Below are positions 50,011 to 62,608 of a stretch of DNA of 64,000 bases, piece by piece; position 1 is the first letter of the stretch; each line of letters starts with the position of its first letter. A program made the position numbers and the translations under genes. The stretch comes from Eledone cirrhosa (Eukaryota). The notes under the pieces were generated by a model. It was given only the letters and a program-made list of their open reading frames with translations. It did not search any database and was not told the DNA's origin. The stretch is taken from NCBI GenBank assembly GCA_964016885.1, contig OZ024741.1, positions 117,614,001-117,678,000 of the forward strand, in the 5' to 3' direction.

Positions 50011-51514
50011 AAATTACAATGAGATTTCATTAACCTGAATTTGTTACTGGTTCTAGAATACAAAGCTGTTTGTTTGAAAGTGTTTATATTTAGCTAAAAA
50101 CATTCCATCAGAATTTACTAAATCCCTTGAAATTTCATTAGAAGTTTCATAATCAAAGGGTTAACAGATTTGAACTCACCATTCTCTAATTGGTAATCTA
50201 AAACATACATAATAGAACTTTTTTCATTGAAAGATTGTCTTTGCTTGACTGTAAGTGTTAACTAATAGAAACAAGATTCTATTATAAATAAAGATCATTA
50301 AAAAGTAGAAACAATTATTTATTTAAATAATTAATCCAAATACATTAGAACTTTTAGGAGTTATTTGTTTCTTCCTGTTTTTTTTTGTTGTATTTTATTT
50401 GTTTGTTTGTGTGTGTTTGTATAGGTTTTTGTGTGTGTTAAGATTAAAAATTGACAAATATAGATACATATGGCGTTAGCCGTTAGAGGGTGTTAGCCCC
50501 ACCCCAGTGTTTACATAGCTATGGCTTCCTAAAACCGTATTTCTTTAGAAATACGAAATTTATATTCATATAGATACGTTTGTTAGTTCTGATCTACCTT
50601 AGTAACATACTAAGGTAATAGTCATTTAACTCGTGTATTAGCTAAACACTTGGGTGGTAAACTTAATACTTCGCCACTCCCCACCCACCCCCGTTTAACA
50701 CCCCTACCTAACCCTTGGGTGACTTTAGCAATGTACTCTCTGTTGCAAGTATTCAAGCCATGTGTCCAGTTTGAGCATACCTCCACCTTTCCTTCCTCCA
50801 GTCAGTCTTAGAGGCCCTGACATAACATGGGTCTTGGAGGCCCTTAAATGGGTCATGGCTACTGCCCTTCTTCATCACCAAATGGTAAAATATTAAAATA
50901 ACTGGCAATCTATTTTAGCTTACTTTCTAGAGGTTTTGTTGTTCTTGTTGTTGGTGGTAGTAGTAGTAGTAGTAGCAGTAGCAATAACAATAATGATTTC
51001 TACATTAAGTACAGAACCAGCAATATATGGGGAGGGATGAGTCACTTATATTGACCCTAGTTCTTGACTGGTACTTTATTTTATCTACCCCAGCACGATG
51101 AAAGGTAAAATTGATCTCAGTGGAATTTGAACTCAGAATATAAATTGCTGGCAGATACTCTAATAATAATAACTAAGCATTGGAATCTATTTTTTTAAAT
51201 ACCTATACAATATATATTTTTAATATATGGTATGAGAAAGTGATAATTCTATTTTAGGGACCAATGTTATTTGTATAATTCATCATCATTACATCCACTT
51301 TTCTATGCTTGCATGTATTAGAATGTTTGAGAGTTGCTGTTCAAAACAGTGTCTCACCACTTGTGTTTCTTTGTCATCTCCTTTGTGAAATTCAGCATTG
51401 CATGAGAAAAATTGTTTTTCTCTATGTAAAGTGTATTTAATTGTTTTATATTGACCAAATTCACCACTGATTTGACAGGTGTCATTTCATATATTATACA
51501 ATAATTAGAAAAAA

Positions 51515-51712
51515 AGTTTCTGATTTAGGCACAAGGCCAACAATTTTGGGTGAAGGGAAAGTCGATTAAATCAACCTGAGTGTGTTACTAGTACTTTATT
51601 TTATCGTCCCTGTAAGGATGAAAGGCAAAGCTAAACTCAGCGGGATTTGAACACAGAACATAAAGGGACGTAATTATATGCAGTAAAGCATGTTGTCTGA
51701 TGCTCTACTGAT
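51515..51712 (-). mobile_element. Family A SINE, long form
   Basis: Contains the extra gtcgatt..cccct segment. Similar copies at about 50995-51140 and 57670-57820. Confidence 0.8.
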
Positions 51713-52391
51713 AATAAAAAATAAATATGAAACTTTTTTGATTAGATGTTTCCAGGTTATTAAATAGAAACTGATTTTATATATCCTTTGTCAATCCATC
51801 TTTTGACTGATTGTTATTTTCAATGTTGATCACATATAAACTCTATACTAATTCTATGTATCTTCTCTGTTTAAATCAGTTGTTTCCACTCCTTTTCTCA
51901 CTACCAAGGGCCCTTGTTTTTATACTGTGAATAATAAAAATTAAAAAAAGAAATGTTTCTACTTAGAGAAGAATAGATAGCCAATAGTGTGTATATATTA
52001 TGTTAATAACAAAGTACTTGAAGTGTTATACAGTGAGGATATCAATTGAAAGAGAAACTTTTATATCTAGAGAATTGATATTCAATATGTTTATAACAAA
52101 GTACTTGAGAAAATCAAGTAAAATACCCAGCGACAGAAAAAAGTGAAGTGAAGCACTCTACTTTCTCGACTATTATTTATAGTGATCAACTATTAATATG
52201 GTCATTTTCATTAGGATAAACATATTTAAACATTTCCCAATGTTTCCTTAGCCAACCACTTTGTTCATGTTGTAATTTGACACTTCTTTAAGTAATTTAT
52301 ATTGGTGTTATAATTAATCTTATTAATCTGCTAATTGATTATGATAGCTTTTATTTATTCATATATATATATATATTTTTTTTTTTTATAG

Positions 52392-52459
52392 AGAAACTGC
52401 TGAACTCCAGCGGACGGGAACTTCGCCGAGCTTTATTTTCATTGAAACAAATCTTCCAG
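52392..52459 (+). CDS. FHOD: FHOD exon
   Basis: ttttatag|...|gtaaat. 68 nt, phase 1->0. Encodes EKLLNSSGRELRRALFSLKQIFQ. Confidence 0.95.
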
Positions 52460-53063
52460 GTAAATCTCCTAAATATTTTCTTAATAGTATTGATTTATTC
52501 ATCATGGTCAGGAAAAGGGATTGGTACTACCAAGTTTTAAAATGCACAAAACATCTCACCTTTAGTAATTATTGTCATGTTTGTTAATTATATTGATTTT
52601 CAAATGTAAAATTATTTGTTTTCACTGGTGACAGATTAAGCTTGTATGGAGATCCTGACTGAAAATTTCATTGGAGCCCTTGCACATTGTTTATGGGGCC
52701 TTTTAAATATTGTGGGGTCTCGGGTTGTGCTAATGTCTATGTAATTGGATTAGAAGTTAGCTTCACAATTATGAGGGCCTGGTGCTTAATCCCTCTATGA
52801 GGCATCTAGGGTAAGTGTCTTTTACCATAGCCTTGCATCACCCAAAGCCTTGTGAGTGAAATTGGATCTAATGCAACTATATGGAAGTCCATCAGATGGA
52901 TTATTCCTGTAATTCAAAGGAGTATCCTTGTCATATATTATGACCAACTGATTCAACTTTAAAATTATGTTAAGAGTACACATGTCTGTGAAAAACTCAG
53001 CCTCTCACACAATAAGATCAAACATTATATATATTGTTTTTTTATTCAATATATGATTACTTT

Positions 53064-53431
53064 TCTCAGATGGTGGATGGGTGCTACACGAGAATGCTGA
53101 GGATGGCTCTGAACATTAATCAGTATACACTGAGGATGAAAAACTCAGAGCTGTATGGGAGCCTCCCAAAAGTCGGCTCAAAAGTGACACAGAGGAGACT
53201 GAGGATAGCTGGACATGCTCACCGACATCCAGAGTTGACATTGCACTCAGTGCTCCTGTGGGAGCCCCTACATGGACACACTGGAAGAGGAAGACCAAGG
53301 TTAACATATGTTGATGCCCTAAGGACAGACACTGGTCTGTTGGAGATGCAGGACATGGCAGCGATAATGAGGGACAGAGACCGCTGGAGAGAACTCGTCC
53401 ATGGATCTCGGGAATTTTACCCGCCCTAGAG
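53064..53431 (+). mobile_element. Short 5'-truncated RTE/RTE-X-like LINE 3' end with 11-bp TSD
   Basis: Encodes RMLRMAL..RRLRIAGH..LWEP..RGRPRLTY..DRDRWR. Direct repeat ATGATTACTTT at 53053-53063 and 53432-53442. Confidence 0.88.
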
Positions 53432-54292
53432 ATGATTACTTTATATTGTCATGATGCAGATATGGTTGAATGATTAAGAAATTTGCTTCACAATTTTGAG
53501 GTTCTGGGTTTCATCTCATGCAGGGCATCTGGGGCAAGTGTCTTTGCCAAGTTGATCCACGCTTTCTAAGTGCATTGAACTTGTAATTGAAAAGTGCAGC
53601 CTCATCACATATTGTATTATGCTAATTTGACTTGAGAATTAAATGAGGAATACTCAGACACATATGTGTAGAATACTCAATATACTTATACATTAATTTA
53701 CTGACTAGGATCTTCAGTTGATCAAACAATAGGATGTTCAACTCTTCTTCAAAAGTGATGGCAGGTCTATCTGATGCTTTATATCATTGCCTTATATACA
53801 ACACAGAAACATTTTAAGGCCATTTTCCCTGTTAAAGCAGAGATTAGTCTTGCACGTCACATGATAAGCTTTATACTCATCAATGAAGTCCTTTTTAAAG
53901 CATTGTTTTACAGCCAGACACTTTTCCTGGTGCCAACCCTATTAGTCACCTCTTATGACATGCAAGGCTACAGTGCACCAATTTAAAACTGGATACATAT
54001 TGCTCTATATATTGTATATTTAATATATTAAGTTTCATGAGCAGAATATTCAGTTACTTCTCAAAGGGTTTTATCATTCTTATTCATCTTTTTGTGTCTT
54101 GATATATCATTTCATGTCGGAAATTAACTTGTGAAAAGATCTCTGTATAATTAATGTTGTCTATCATTGTTGAGTGTTATTTCTAGGATAACCTTTTTAT
54201 CATCTTTTGCTAATTGTTCTAATTAGCTGTTACTAAATATTTCGTTGACTGTCTACAACTTCTCACAAAATTGTTTTGATCTTTCTTAACAG

Positions 54293-54398
54293 GACGACAA
54301 AGATTTAGTCCATGAATTTGTGGAAAATGATGGTCTTGACTGTCTCGTTAAAGTTGGTGCTGAATCAGACCAGAATTACCAAAATTTTATCCTTAGAG
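54293..54398 (+). CDS. FHOD: FHOD exon
   Basis: ctttcttaacag|...|gttata. 106 nt, phase 0->1. Encodes [35 protein letters not shown]. Confidence 0.93.
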
Positions 54399-55862
54399 GT
54401 TATATTACATTTTTTATCTTTTTCTCATATTGTTCAATTTTCATTTACAGAGGTTTCAGAAATGTCCTAACTTTGAGCTATTTAATTGTAAAAGACTATT
54501 TTGAGTTTCTAACTCAATGTATGATATGATATGATAATTTCTATATATACTTGAATATAAGCCAATCCTAATATAATCAGACCCCCGTATTTTATGTCTG
54601 AGAAATAGGCAAAAATCCAAACCCCATTTATAAGTCAAGACAAATAACCAGCACATTATGTTTAGATGATGTGGGTTTTGAAATTCTCATGTGTGGAGAA
54701 TATATTTATGAAGTTTTAATATATTGATATCTAAAATGTTTTAAGTGTCGTTTAGAGTACAGTTTGTTTTACATCTTCATTATGTAATGATTTTTTTACC
54801 AAATTTCGACTGTTTTGAAGTTCATATTCATTCAAAACATCAAAAACAATAGGAAATACAAATTTCATGTCAAAAGTGAAACTGCTGTAAAATTCACTTC
54901 CAAAGCGAAAATATTTTAGCACCTCATTTTTGTAGAATTTTGAAGTTGGTGAAAATCTGCAAAATATTGATCTCGAATATAATATCAACCACAATGGTTG
55001 ATATGACTGTATTGTAGTTAGGATCATAATATTGTGGGTTTGATTTTTGGACCAGGTGGCATGTGTTCTTCAGCAAAACACTTCATGTTGCTCCAGTACA
55101 CTCAGTGGAAGATGAGTACCAGCTGTAGCTAGGTGTTAACTCTGTAATGGACTGGCATCCTGTCCAGTGGGGACTCTTGTATTCTCAGTTGCTTAATGCC
55201 AATGAAAAATGAAACCAGTGATAAGCACTGGCTCAATATGCTTGCTGTCTTGAGAGAGATTTTAACTTTTAACTCATTATTAAATTGGTGTGTTGAACAT
55301 AAAGGTTCTTAGATAAAATTATTATTATGATTTTTAGATAAATATAAACATTTTTGTTACTATATTTCTAATGAAAGACACTGCCTATAATTTTAAATCT
55401 TTTTGAAAATAATCAAGAATTTGGAGACATTTAGCAATAAACTTTTTCATAATGAAGTTTTGTGTTTGATTATGAAGTTGGTATTTTATGTAAGAATTTG
55501 ACAAAGGTTCTTACATAAGATAATGAAAAGTTTTAGATAAATATAAAGACTTTAAATCCACCATTTATATACCATAGAACCAGGTAGTTTAAGGTAGTTT
55601 TGTATCAAAAGGTTTAAAATATTCTGCACAACAGCACAACAAAATGCTTGTTGTGAATTTGAACTTACAAACCACAGACTGATAGTGCAATAGTATATCT
55701 GCTATACCATTTTTGTTTCTTATTGATTCTTTCATACATATTGAAATAAATATATCACAAGAAATATGTTGTTTGAAAAAATATCTTCATGTTTAATTAA
55801 ATTGTTTATTTTAATGTGATGTTGTAAGTGTTTGACTTTCTTTTTATTTTTATTATTTTCAG

Positions 55863-55957
55863 CTCTCGGTGTTGTTATGCTCTATGTTGATGGTATGAAT
55901 GGTGTGATCCGACATAATAAAACTATCCACTGGCTTTATTCCTTACTTTCTTCCAAA
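55863..55957 (+). CDS. FHOD: FHOD exon
   Basis: ttattttcag|...|gtaagt. 95 nt, phase 1->0. Encodes ALGVVMLYVDGMNGVIRHNKTIHWLYSLLSSK. Confidence 0.95.
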
Positions 55958-58432
55958 GTAAGTTTACTCTCTTCATTCATCAGTCAAATATTATTATTAT
56001 TACAGAAGGGGCATTAGCAGAATTATGAGTCGGTTGGGTAAAATGTTTTGCAGTATTTGTTTTAGCCATTTACATTTTTAGTTCAAATCTCATTGCGAAA
56101 TACTGCAAGACATTCTGAGTACAAATCCTGCATATATCAACTCTGTGCTTCATTCCAATAAAGTACTAGTCAAGTGTTGGGATCAATATAATTGACTTAA
56201 CCACCTCCTTCCAAATTGCCTAAATTACAAACCACTATTATCACAGATGAGATACAGATATCGTACAACAGTTCAAAACAAGGAGTATAAAATATATTTG
56301 TCAAAGACGTGTGATACATGAATATATGTTTGTGATTTTAAAATATTAATAGTCCCAAATATTTTGATCCTATATTATATTGACGTTTGCTTCACAATTA
56401 TAAGATCCTAGGTTCAATCCAACTGAGTGACATCTTGGGAAAGAGTCATTAACTGTAGCTTCAAGTTGACCCATGCCATGTATCATGCTGAATCCCTTTG
56501 AGAATTACATTAAGTTTACACAGTTCTGTGGAATGCTCAGCCACTGACATGTTAACTTCATGAGCAAGTTATTTCATTGATTGAACAACTGAAACATTTA
56601 TCATCAAAACTGACAAACATGCGTTCCATATCTGAAACAGTCATTACTATATCTTTATATCGAATTTCCAGAAAACATTTACTGGGAAATTTAGTTATAT
56701 TTGTTGAAGTAGGGTTAATAGAGAAGTACATATAAGACTCAGACACATAGAAAATAATGCTTGGCTCTTCAGCCACTGGCAGCAGGTTATGTAACAACCT
56801 GGCATTGAAACTGAATTGTTATGTGATCTACAGTCAGATGGTTGAAAACACTAGCATTGTTTTCTGTGTGTCTAACTATTATGTGTTTTTGTTATTTTGC
56901 TATGTTTCATAGATTGAAAATACATGCAGAATTGGTCTATATAGATTAATAGTAAAGTATCTAGCCTACAGTTAGGTTGGGTCATTGCTTTGGTGGAATA
57001 TTCATATAGTTCTTAAATTAATAAAGTTTGTAGGAATTAACACACACTGTAATTAAAAAATGGAGGCATGCAGCTTAGAGTTTAGGGTGTGGGGTTCATG
57101 ATCTTAATGTTGTAGGTTCAATTACTGAACAGAGCATCTTATTGTCTTCTTGAGCAAGGCATTCCATTGAATATTGCTGCAGTCTATTCAGCATAGTATC
57201 AGTATCTTAATGTTAACCTCGCAACAGATTGGTGTCTTGTCCAGGAGAGGATTTGTACTGTTATTCAACACCTCGTAAAACCACAGTAATTTTTGCCTTT
57301 TATCTATTTTTATATTTTTTTCTTCATCACCATTTTACGGCTGTTTTTCCTTGCTAATTTAATATCAGGGAGTACTGAAGGGATTATTAGAAGGGAAGGG
57401 TCACAGTTTTTTACTTATCCTCTTAGACAATTATCATTGAGTGATGTGGGTCATTGTTGAATCACTGTGTAAACATGCTTCTATATGAACCCTTTGTTTG
57501 TAATAAACATATGGTCTTGAAATGGTAGTAGACAGTATATGTCTGTTTGTGTATGTGTGTGTCTGGAATACCTATTGTAAGTATCAACAACCTAGTTGCA
57601 ATTGTTTTCTCCTATGAATGGGTTTATGAAATTTCCTTTATTTTATATAACATGTTCTATTGGTATATAACAATTTTTGGGGAAGGGGAAAGTCAATTAA
57701 ATCGACCCCTCCCCTGTGCATTATTATTTTTTTTTATTATTGACCCTGTAAGAATGAAAGGCAAAGCTAACCTCTGCAAGATTTGAACTCAGAACGTAAA
57801 GGGCAGTAACTATATGCCACAATGTATGTTAATATAATAATAAGAACAACAATGACAATAAACATTTCTGACATAAATAAGAGGGGAAAATAGTATTGTT
57901 GATTATGACCCAGTACTTAACTGGTATTTTCTTAACCTAAGAAATATGAAAAGAAACAAAGATCGCAGTCAGGATTTGAACCCAAATCCTCAGGGGACCT
58001 AACTAAAATAAGTGTCTTTGAGGATTTCCCCATTCTGCCACTCAAGCAATACATCTGAAATAAACTATAACATTCCCTAAACTAGGTGGTCATTGACTTT
58101 TAAAGAAAGTTTTGTATTATCTTTGTCATATATGATATATACTAATATAGAAACAAACAAACTATAATTGGTGTGGGATTCACTATATATTTCCTTATTC
58201 TTCCGGTAGTTTCTTCTCTCACTATTCACCGCATGCTTCCTAGCAATAAACTACGTCTTTAGTAGATGACAGCCAATTCCCATACAACCTTCTTATAGTG
58301 GATGGAATGGAGGTGATTTGAGTAGGAGATTTGTCAAGTGTCTTCCTGTTGTATAGTGTAGCTTCCCCTTTTTCTAGACATTCCAGTATTATACATATAT
58401 ACACACACTTCTATATATATATTTATATTTAT

Positions 58433-58539
<107 letters not shown>

Positions 58540-58547
58540 TACATACA

Positions 58548-58578
<31 letters not shown>

Positions 58579-58771
58579 ATATAATATAATATAAGATGTG
58601 GGGATTGTATTATTGGAAGGAGTAGTGTTTGTGTTTGTGTCAGTGTTTTATTGAGTGACAGCAGTAATGGTAGCCAAAGTGTTGTTAGAAGAGACCCCTG
58701 ATAGTTTAGATAATTTACTCTGTGAAGAGGTTTCAAGATTCAACATGTGTACATGTTTTCTGATTCTACAG

Positions 58772-58883
58772 CACAGACTTGTTGTGAAGACTGCTCTGAA
58801 GCTACTGTTAGTGTTTGTGGAATATACTGAAAAAAACACCCAGCTGCTCCTCCGAGCGATCAACAACGAGGACAAACAACGGG
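58772..58883 (+). CDS. FHOD: FHOD exon
   Basis: gattctacag|...|gtaagt. 112 nt, phase 0->1. Encodes HRLVVKTALKLLLVFVEYTEKNTQLLLRAINNEDKQR. Confidence 0.95.
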
Positions 58884-58971
58884 GTAAGTTTCATCTTGAT
58901 TAATGACCCCAATCCTGTCAACAGTTAACATTTTTCTTTTTTCAAAATTGAAATTAAATTTAATTTTTGTT

Positions 58972-60072
58972 GGGTGGGAAGAGTGTATTTGAAGCCATTT
59001 TCACATTCAGACTACCCTCTCTCTATGGGCCCCGTTCGTGAGGCGAGCCTTCCCACGACTCGTATCGCTGACCGAGCTGCAGCCCTGGGTCAAGCAACGA
59101 CTGAGGAAAATGGGCAACTGGCACATCGAATGTGCTCAGGTGCTCACAGCCCTCTGGCAGGCAGACCCGGCGATCAGTGGAGACTCCACTTAGTCATTCT
59201 ATAGAGGGTTGATCCGCAGCAATGCGACGACGCACTCAGTGGAACTCTAGGCGTAGAGGAAGACGAACTGACCAGTCTGTTCGGTAGGACCTTCCGCCCG
59301 GGACCGATGGACAACTTCCAAAAGTCCCTGGCCTGGCAGTGTTACCGAGGAGCTCTACCAGTTCGAGACAAGCTCTACAGACATGGGCGCCCGGGCAGGG
59401 ACGCTGCAAAAAAAGATCTGTCTTAGGTGCGTGCGAGACGAAGAAACCGTTGCGCACGCATTCATACACTGCCCGGGCGTCACTGACCTGTGGGGCTATG
59501 TAGAATGACTATTGTCGCGGGTGGGACCAATCCGGTTGACCACCGAGTCCATTGTCATGATCAAACCGCCACCCTCCTTCAAAAACGAAGGAGAGGCGGT
59601 TTTCCTTTGTATGATAGCTATGGCGAAAGAGGTTGTATGGTGGACAAGGTTGAAAGGGCTGAGGTCAGACACCTTTCTCTCCGGCCAACAACTGATTCTT
59701 TTTTTCAAATACCACTTTGGAAGAAGAATCAGGATGGAGAGAGAGGTGCTGTACCCCAGCAAGTTTTATGAAAGGTGGGTGAAAGTGGCGAGAATGGCCC
59801 GAGTGAATGAGCCTTCTCTCTATATCAGCCTGTAGGTTGAGGAAAAAGAGTTGAGAGGAAAGGAGTACAAACTCTTCGTACTCCTGGAGATGAGGGTTGC
59901 ACATTTTTTTTCGGGGGTATGTGCTACCCATATGAAATGTCTCCCCCTATTGGGGAAAATCGACTAATTTTTAAATTGCATTTGTGATAATATTTTACAC
60001 GTTTTTATTGTATGTAAACTTCCCCCTTTGTATTTGTCCCCTTCTTTTGGGCCCCTGTGGCTAATAAAGAAA
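58972..60072 (+). mobile_element. 5'-truncated Tx1/L1-type LINE
   Basis: GC-rich block encoding MDNFQKSLAWQCYRGALPVRDKL and a CX2CX8HX4C knuckle (CLRC-VRDEETVA-H-AFIH-C, 59419-59472). In-frame TGA at 59506; 3' end AATAAAGAAA at 60063. Confidence 0.88.
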
Positions 60073-60190
60073 CATATTATATAAACTGTGTGCTTATTTG
60101 TATACATAATTATGTGAAACAAAAAGTCATATATATATATATGTAGGTAGGTGTATATATATACATATATATATATATAAGTTTATTCCA

Positions 60191-60426
60191 GGTTCAATCG
60201 GGGGTAACTACAGTAAGTAAGGTACTCAATACATAGTAAAGTATAAATATTTAATATAGAAATGGCTTCTACAGGACTAGAACTGTTTCATTTGGGAGAA
60301 ATCATGATGATTTCTCCGAAAGTAACAGTTATAGTCATGTAGAAGCCATTTCTATATTAAATTTGTTGTATATGCTCTACTAACATATTGAGTACTTTAC
60401 TTACTGTGGTTACCCCCAATTGAACC
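60191..60426. repeat. About 236-bp foldback (inverted repeat) element
   Basis: ggttcaatcgggggtaactacagtaagtaaggtactcaata... is mirrored by ...tattgagtactttacttactgtggttacccccaattgaacc; centre near 60305. Confidence 0.92.
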
Positions 60427-60727
60427 CGATATTCACATACACATATATATATATAGCTTCAGTGAATATAATGGCTATTGGGTCAAGGTCTCCAACCTTT
60501 GGATATTGACATGATGCTATCATACAGCGTGGGAATATGTAGATCACACTCAATTATTCCATGAATTTACAAATCTGATCTGTGGGAAAACTTTTTATTT
60601 TTATATTCTTTTTTTTTTTTTTGGTAATGGGGAGGGTTATTTCTTCTGTTCATTTGCTGACTCAACCTCAAATTTTAATCATCAGGACACTATTATATGA
60701 AGTTTCTACAACAGTTACTTAAATAAT

Positions 60728-60911
60728 TGTTTCCACTTTTGGCACAAGGCCATCAATTAACCAGTACATTGCTGGTACTTTATTTTATCGACCCCGTAAG
60801 GATGAAAGGCAAAGTTAACCTCGGCGGGATTTGAACTCAGACCGTAAAGGGACGTAACTATGCTGGAAAGCATGGCGTCCGACCCTCTACCGATACTGCC
60901 AATCCACCACC
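60728..60911 (-). mobile_element. Young family A SINE with 19-bp TSD
   Basis: CAACAGTT(A/C)CTTAAATAAT at 60709-60727 and 60912-60930. Confidence 0.93.
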
Positions 60912-61431
60912 CAACAGTTCCTTAAATAATAAAGGGACTTACATATGGTTAATGATAATGACTTCAGAGGTCACTCACAATTGGTATTGAAAATTGTTTT
61001 TAAACAGTCATAGATTATTGGTAGATAGAATCAATATAATCAAACAGAAATATGTGTTAGTTTTAATTCATGTAACACCTGTTTAATAACTTCTCCCTCC
61101 TCTTATGTTTAAATCTTATTTTGTGTATGTATGTGTATATATATATATGTGTGTGTGTGATTGGGTTTTCTGAAAGGAAATAATATACTCAATACATTAG
61201 TAGAGAAGATATATATTTATTTCTATGATATATATATATATTATATTACTGATATTATTTTTGTTTCTACTCAGAGCTTTGCAGATTGCCAGTGATTTGG
61301 CAATCCATAAAACTCGGAGTAGCGACAGAGAGTAATTTGAGTATAATATAATAAGTATATAATGTTCTCTACTTCATCTCTCGGATACTAATTTTTTGTT
61401 TTACATATTTTTCTTACTTACCAATGTTCAG

Positions 61432-61526
61432 GAGTGAAACCATGGACAAATGTTATGAATATTCTAGATGAAAAAGGCGGGTCGGATTCTGAGCTTTTAA
61501 ATTATGCTATGACACTGATTAATAAG
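61432..61526 (+). CDS. FHOD: FHOD exon
   Basis: atgttcag|...|gtaggt. 95 nt, phase 1->0. Encodes GVKPWTNVMNILDEKGGSDSELLNYAMTLINK. Confidence 0.94.
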
Positions 61527-61601
61527 GTAGGTGCATCAGATGTTCATTTTCGTTATGCTACTCTGTTTGTGAACATTAATGTTTATCACTCTAAAGGTGG
61601 C

Positions 61602-61885
61602 AGTCATCATCATCCTCCTGCTTTTCCGTGGTTGCATGTTGGATGGTTTTTTTGGTTTTTTTAACACAGCATCTCTCCACTCATCACATTCCTTTGTCAT
61701 CTCCTCTGTGAGCTTCAGTAATTTGGGTTCAGCTCTCACCACATCTGCCCAGCTCTTCCTTGATCTTCCTCTACTAAAATGACTTAACACTTCTCCACCC
61801 ATCATCCTTCATGCACATCACATATCCATACCAGTGCAGCAGTTTCTCTCAGGTTCACTACATCTGATTCCTCTTATACCCAGTT
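61602..61885 (-). mobile_element. Decayed RTE 3' fragment
   Basis: Encodes RGRSRKSWADVVRAE..MTKECDEWRDAV; catcatcat tail. A similar fragment lies at about 14860-15260 (-). Confidence 0.7.
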
Positions 61886-61994
61886 ATTAGTCTAAAAAGA
61901 TATAATTGTATTATCATTATCTCATACATTTAGGTATTTGAAAAAGTTGTACTTTTCTATGTGGATTACAACAAATTGAATATTATTGATACTA

Positions 61995-62083
<89 letters not shown>

Positions 62084-62393
62084 GACTGAGCTACAATAGC
62101 ATCTGCTTTTTTTCCTATCTACTTTTTTCTTGATTTCTTTCTTTTCTCACTCTCATCTACCTTGTATTTTCCTCTCTCACCAAAACATCCTCCTTTCTTT
62201 CTTTCATTCTATCTTCTAATGAAAGACTAGCATTTGAAACATTAAGACACTTTTTTCCATTTATATGAAGCATTAAACTAATACACCATCATTGCAGTGT
62301 ACTGTGTTAGTTTTTCCTTGTTGACTTTTCTTTTCATCATCATCATCATCATCATCGTTTAACGTCCATCTTCCACGCTAGCTTGGGTTAGGC

Positions 62394-62429
<36 letters not shown>

Positions 62430-62464
62430 GTTTACAAAATATGTTTCTTTTTGCTTCCATATAG

Positions 62465-62608
62465 GTGTTATATGCCATTCCTGACCAAGATACATTCTAT
62501 GATGTCGGTGATGCTCTTGAAGAACTTGGTATGGAACGTATCACCAAGAAACACATGAGAAAGAAAGGAACTGATGAAGACCTCATGAAGCAGTTTCAAA
62601 ATTATGAC
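62465..62608 (+). CDS. FHOD: FHOD exon (last visible; gene continues beyond the window)
   Basis: ttccatatag|...|gtaagt. 144 nt, phase 0->0. Encodes VLYAIPDQDTFYDVGDALEELGMERITKKHMRKKGTDEDLMKQFQNYD. Confidence 0.94.

Noticed and set aside
50470-50715. Possible MITE with short inverted ends
   Set aside because: The inverted matches are short and patchy and no TSD is visible.
58767-58777. Alternative acceptor CAG 5 nt downstream of the exon start
   Set aside because: It would frameshift the conserved RLVVKTALKLL segment, and nothing supports its use.
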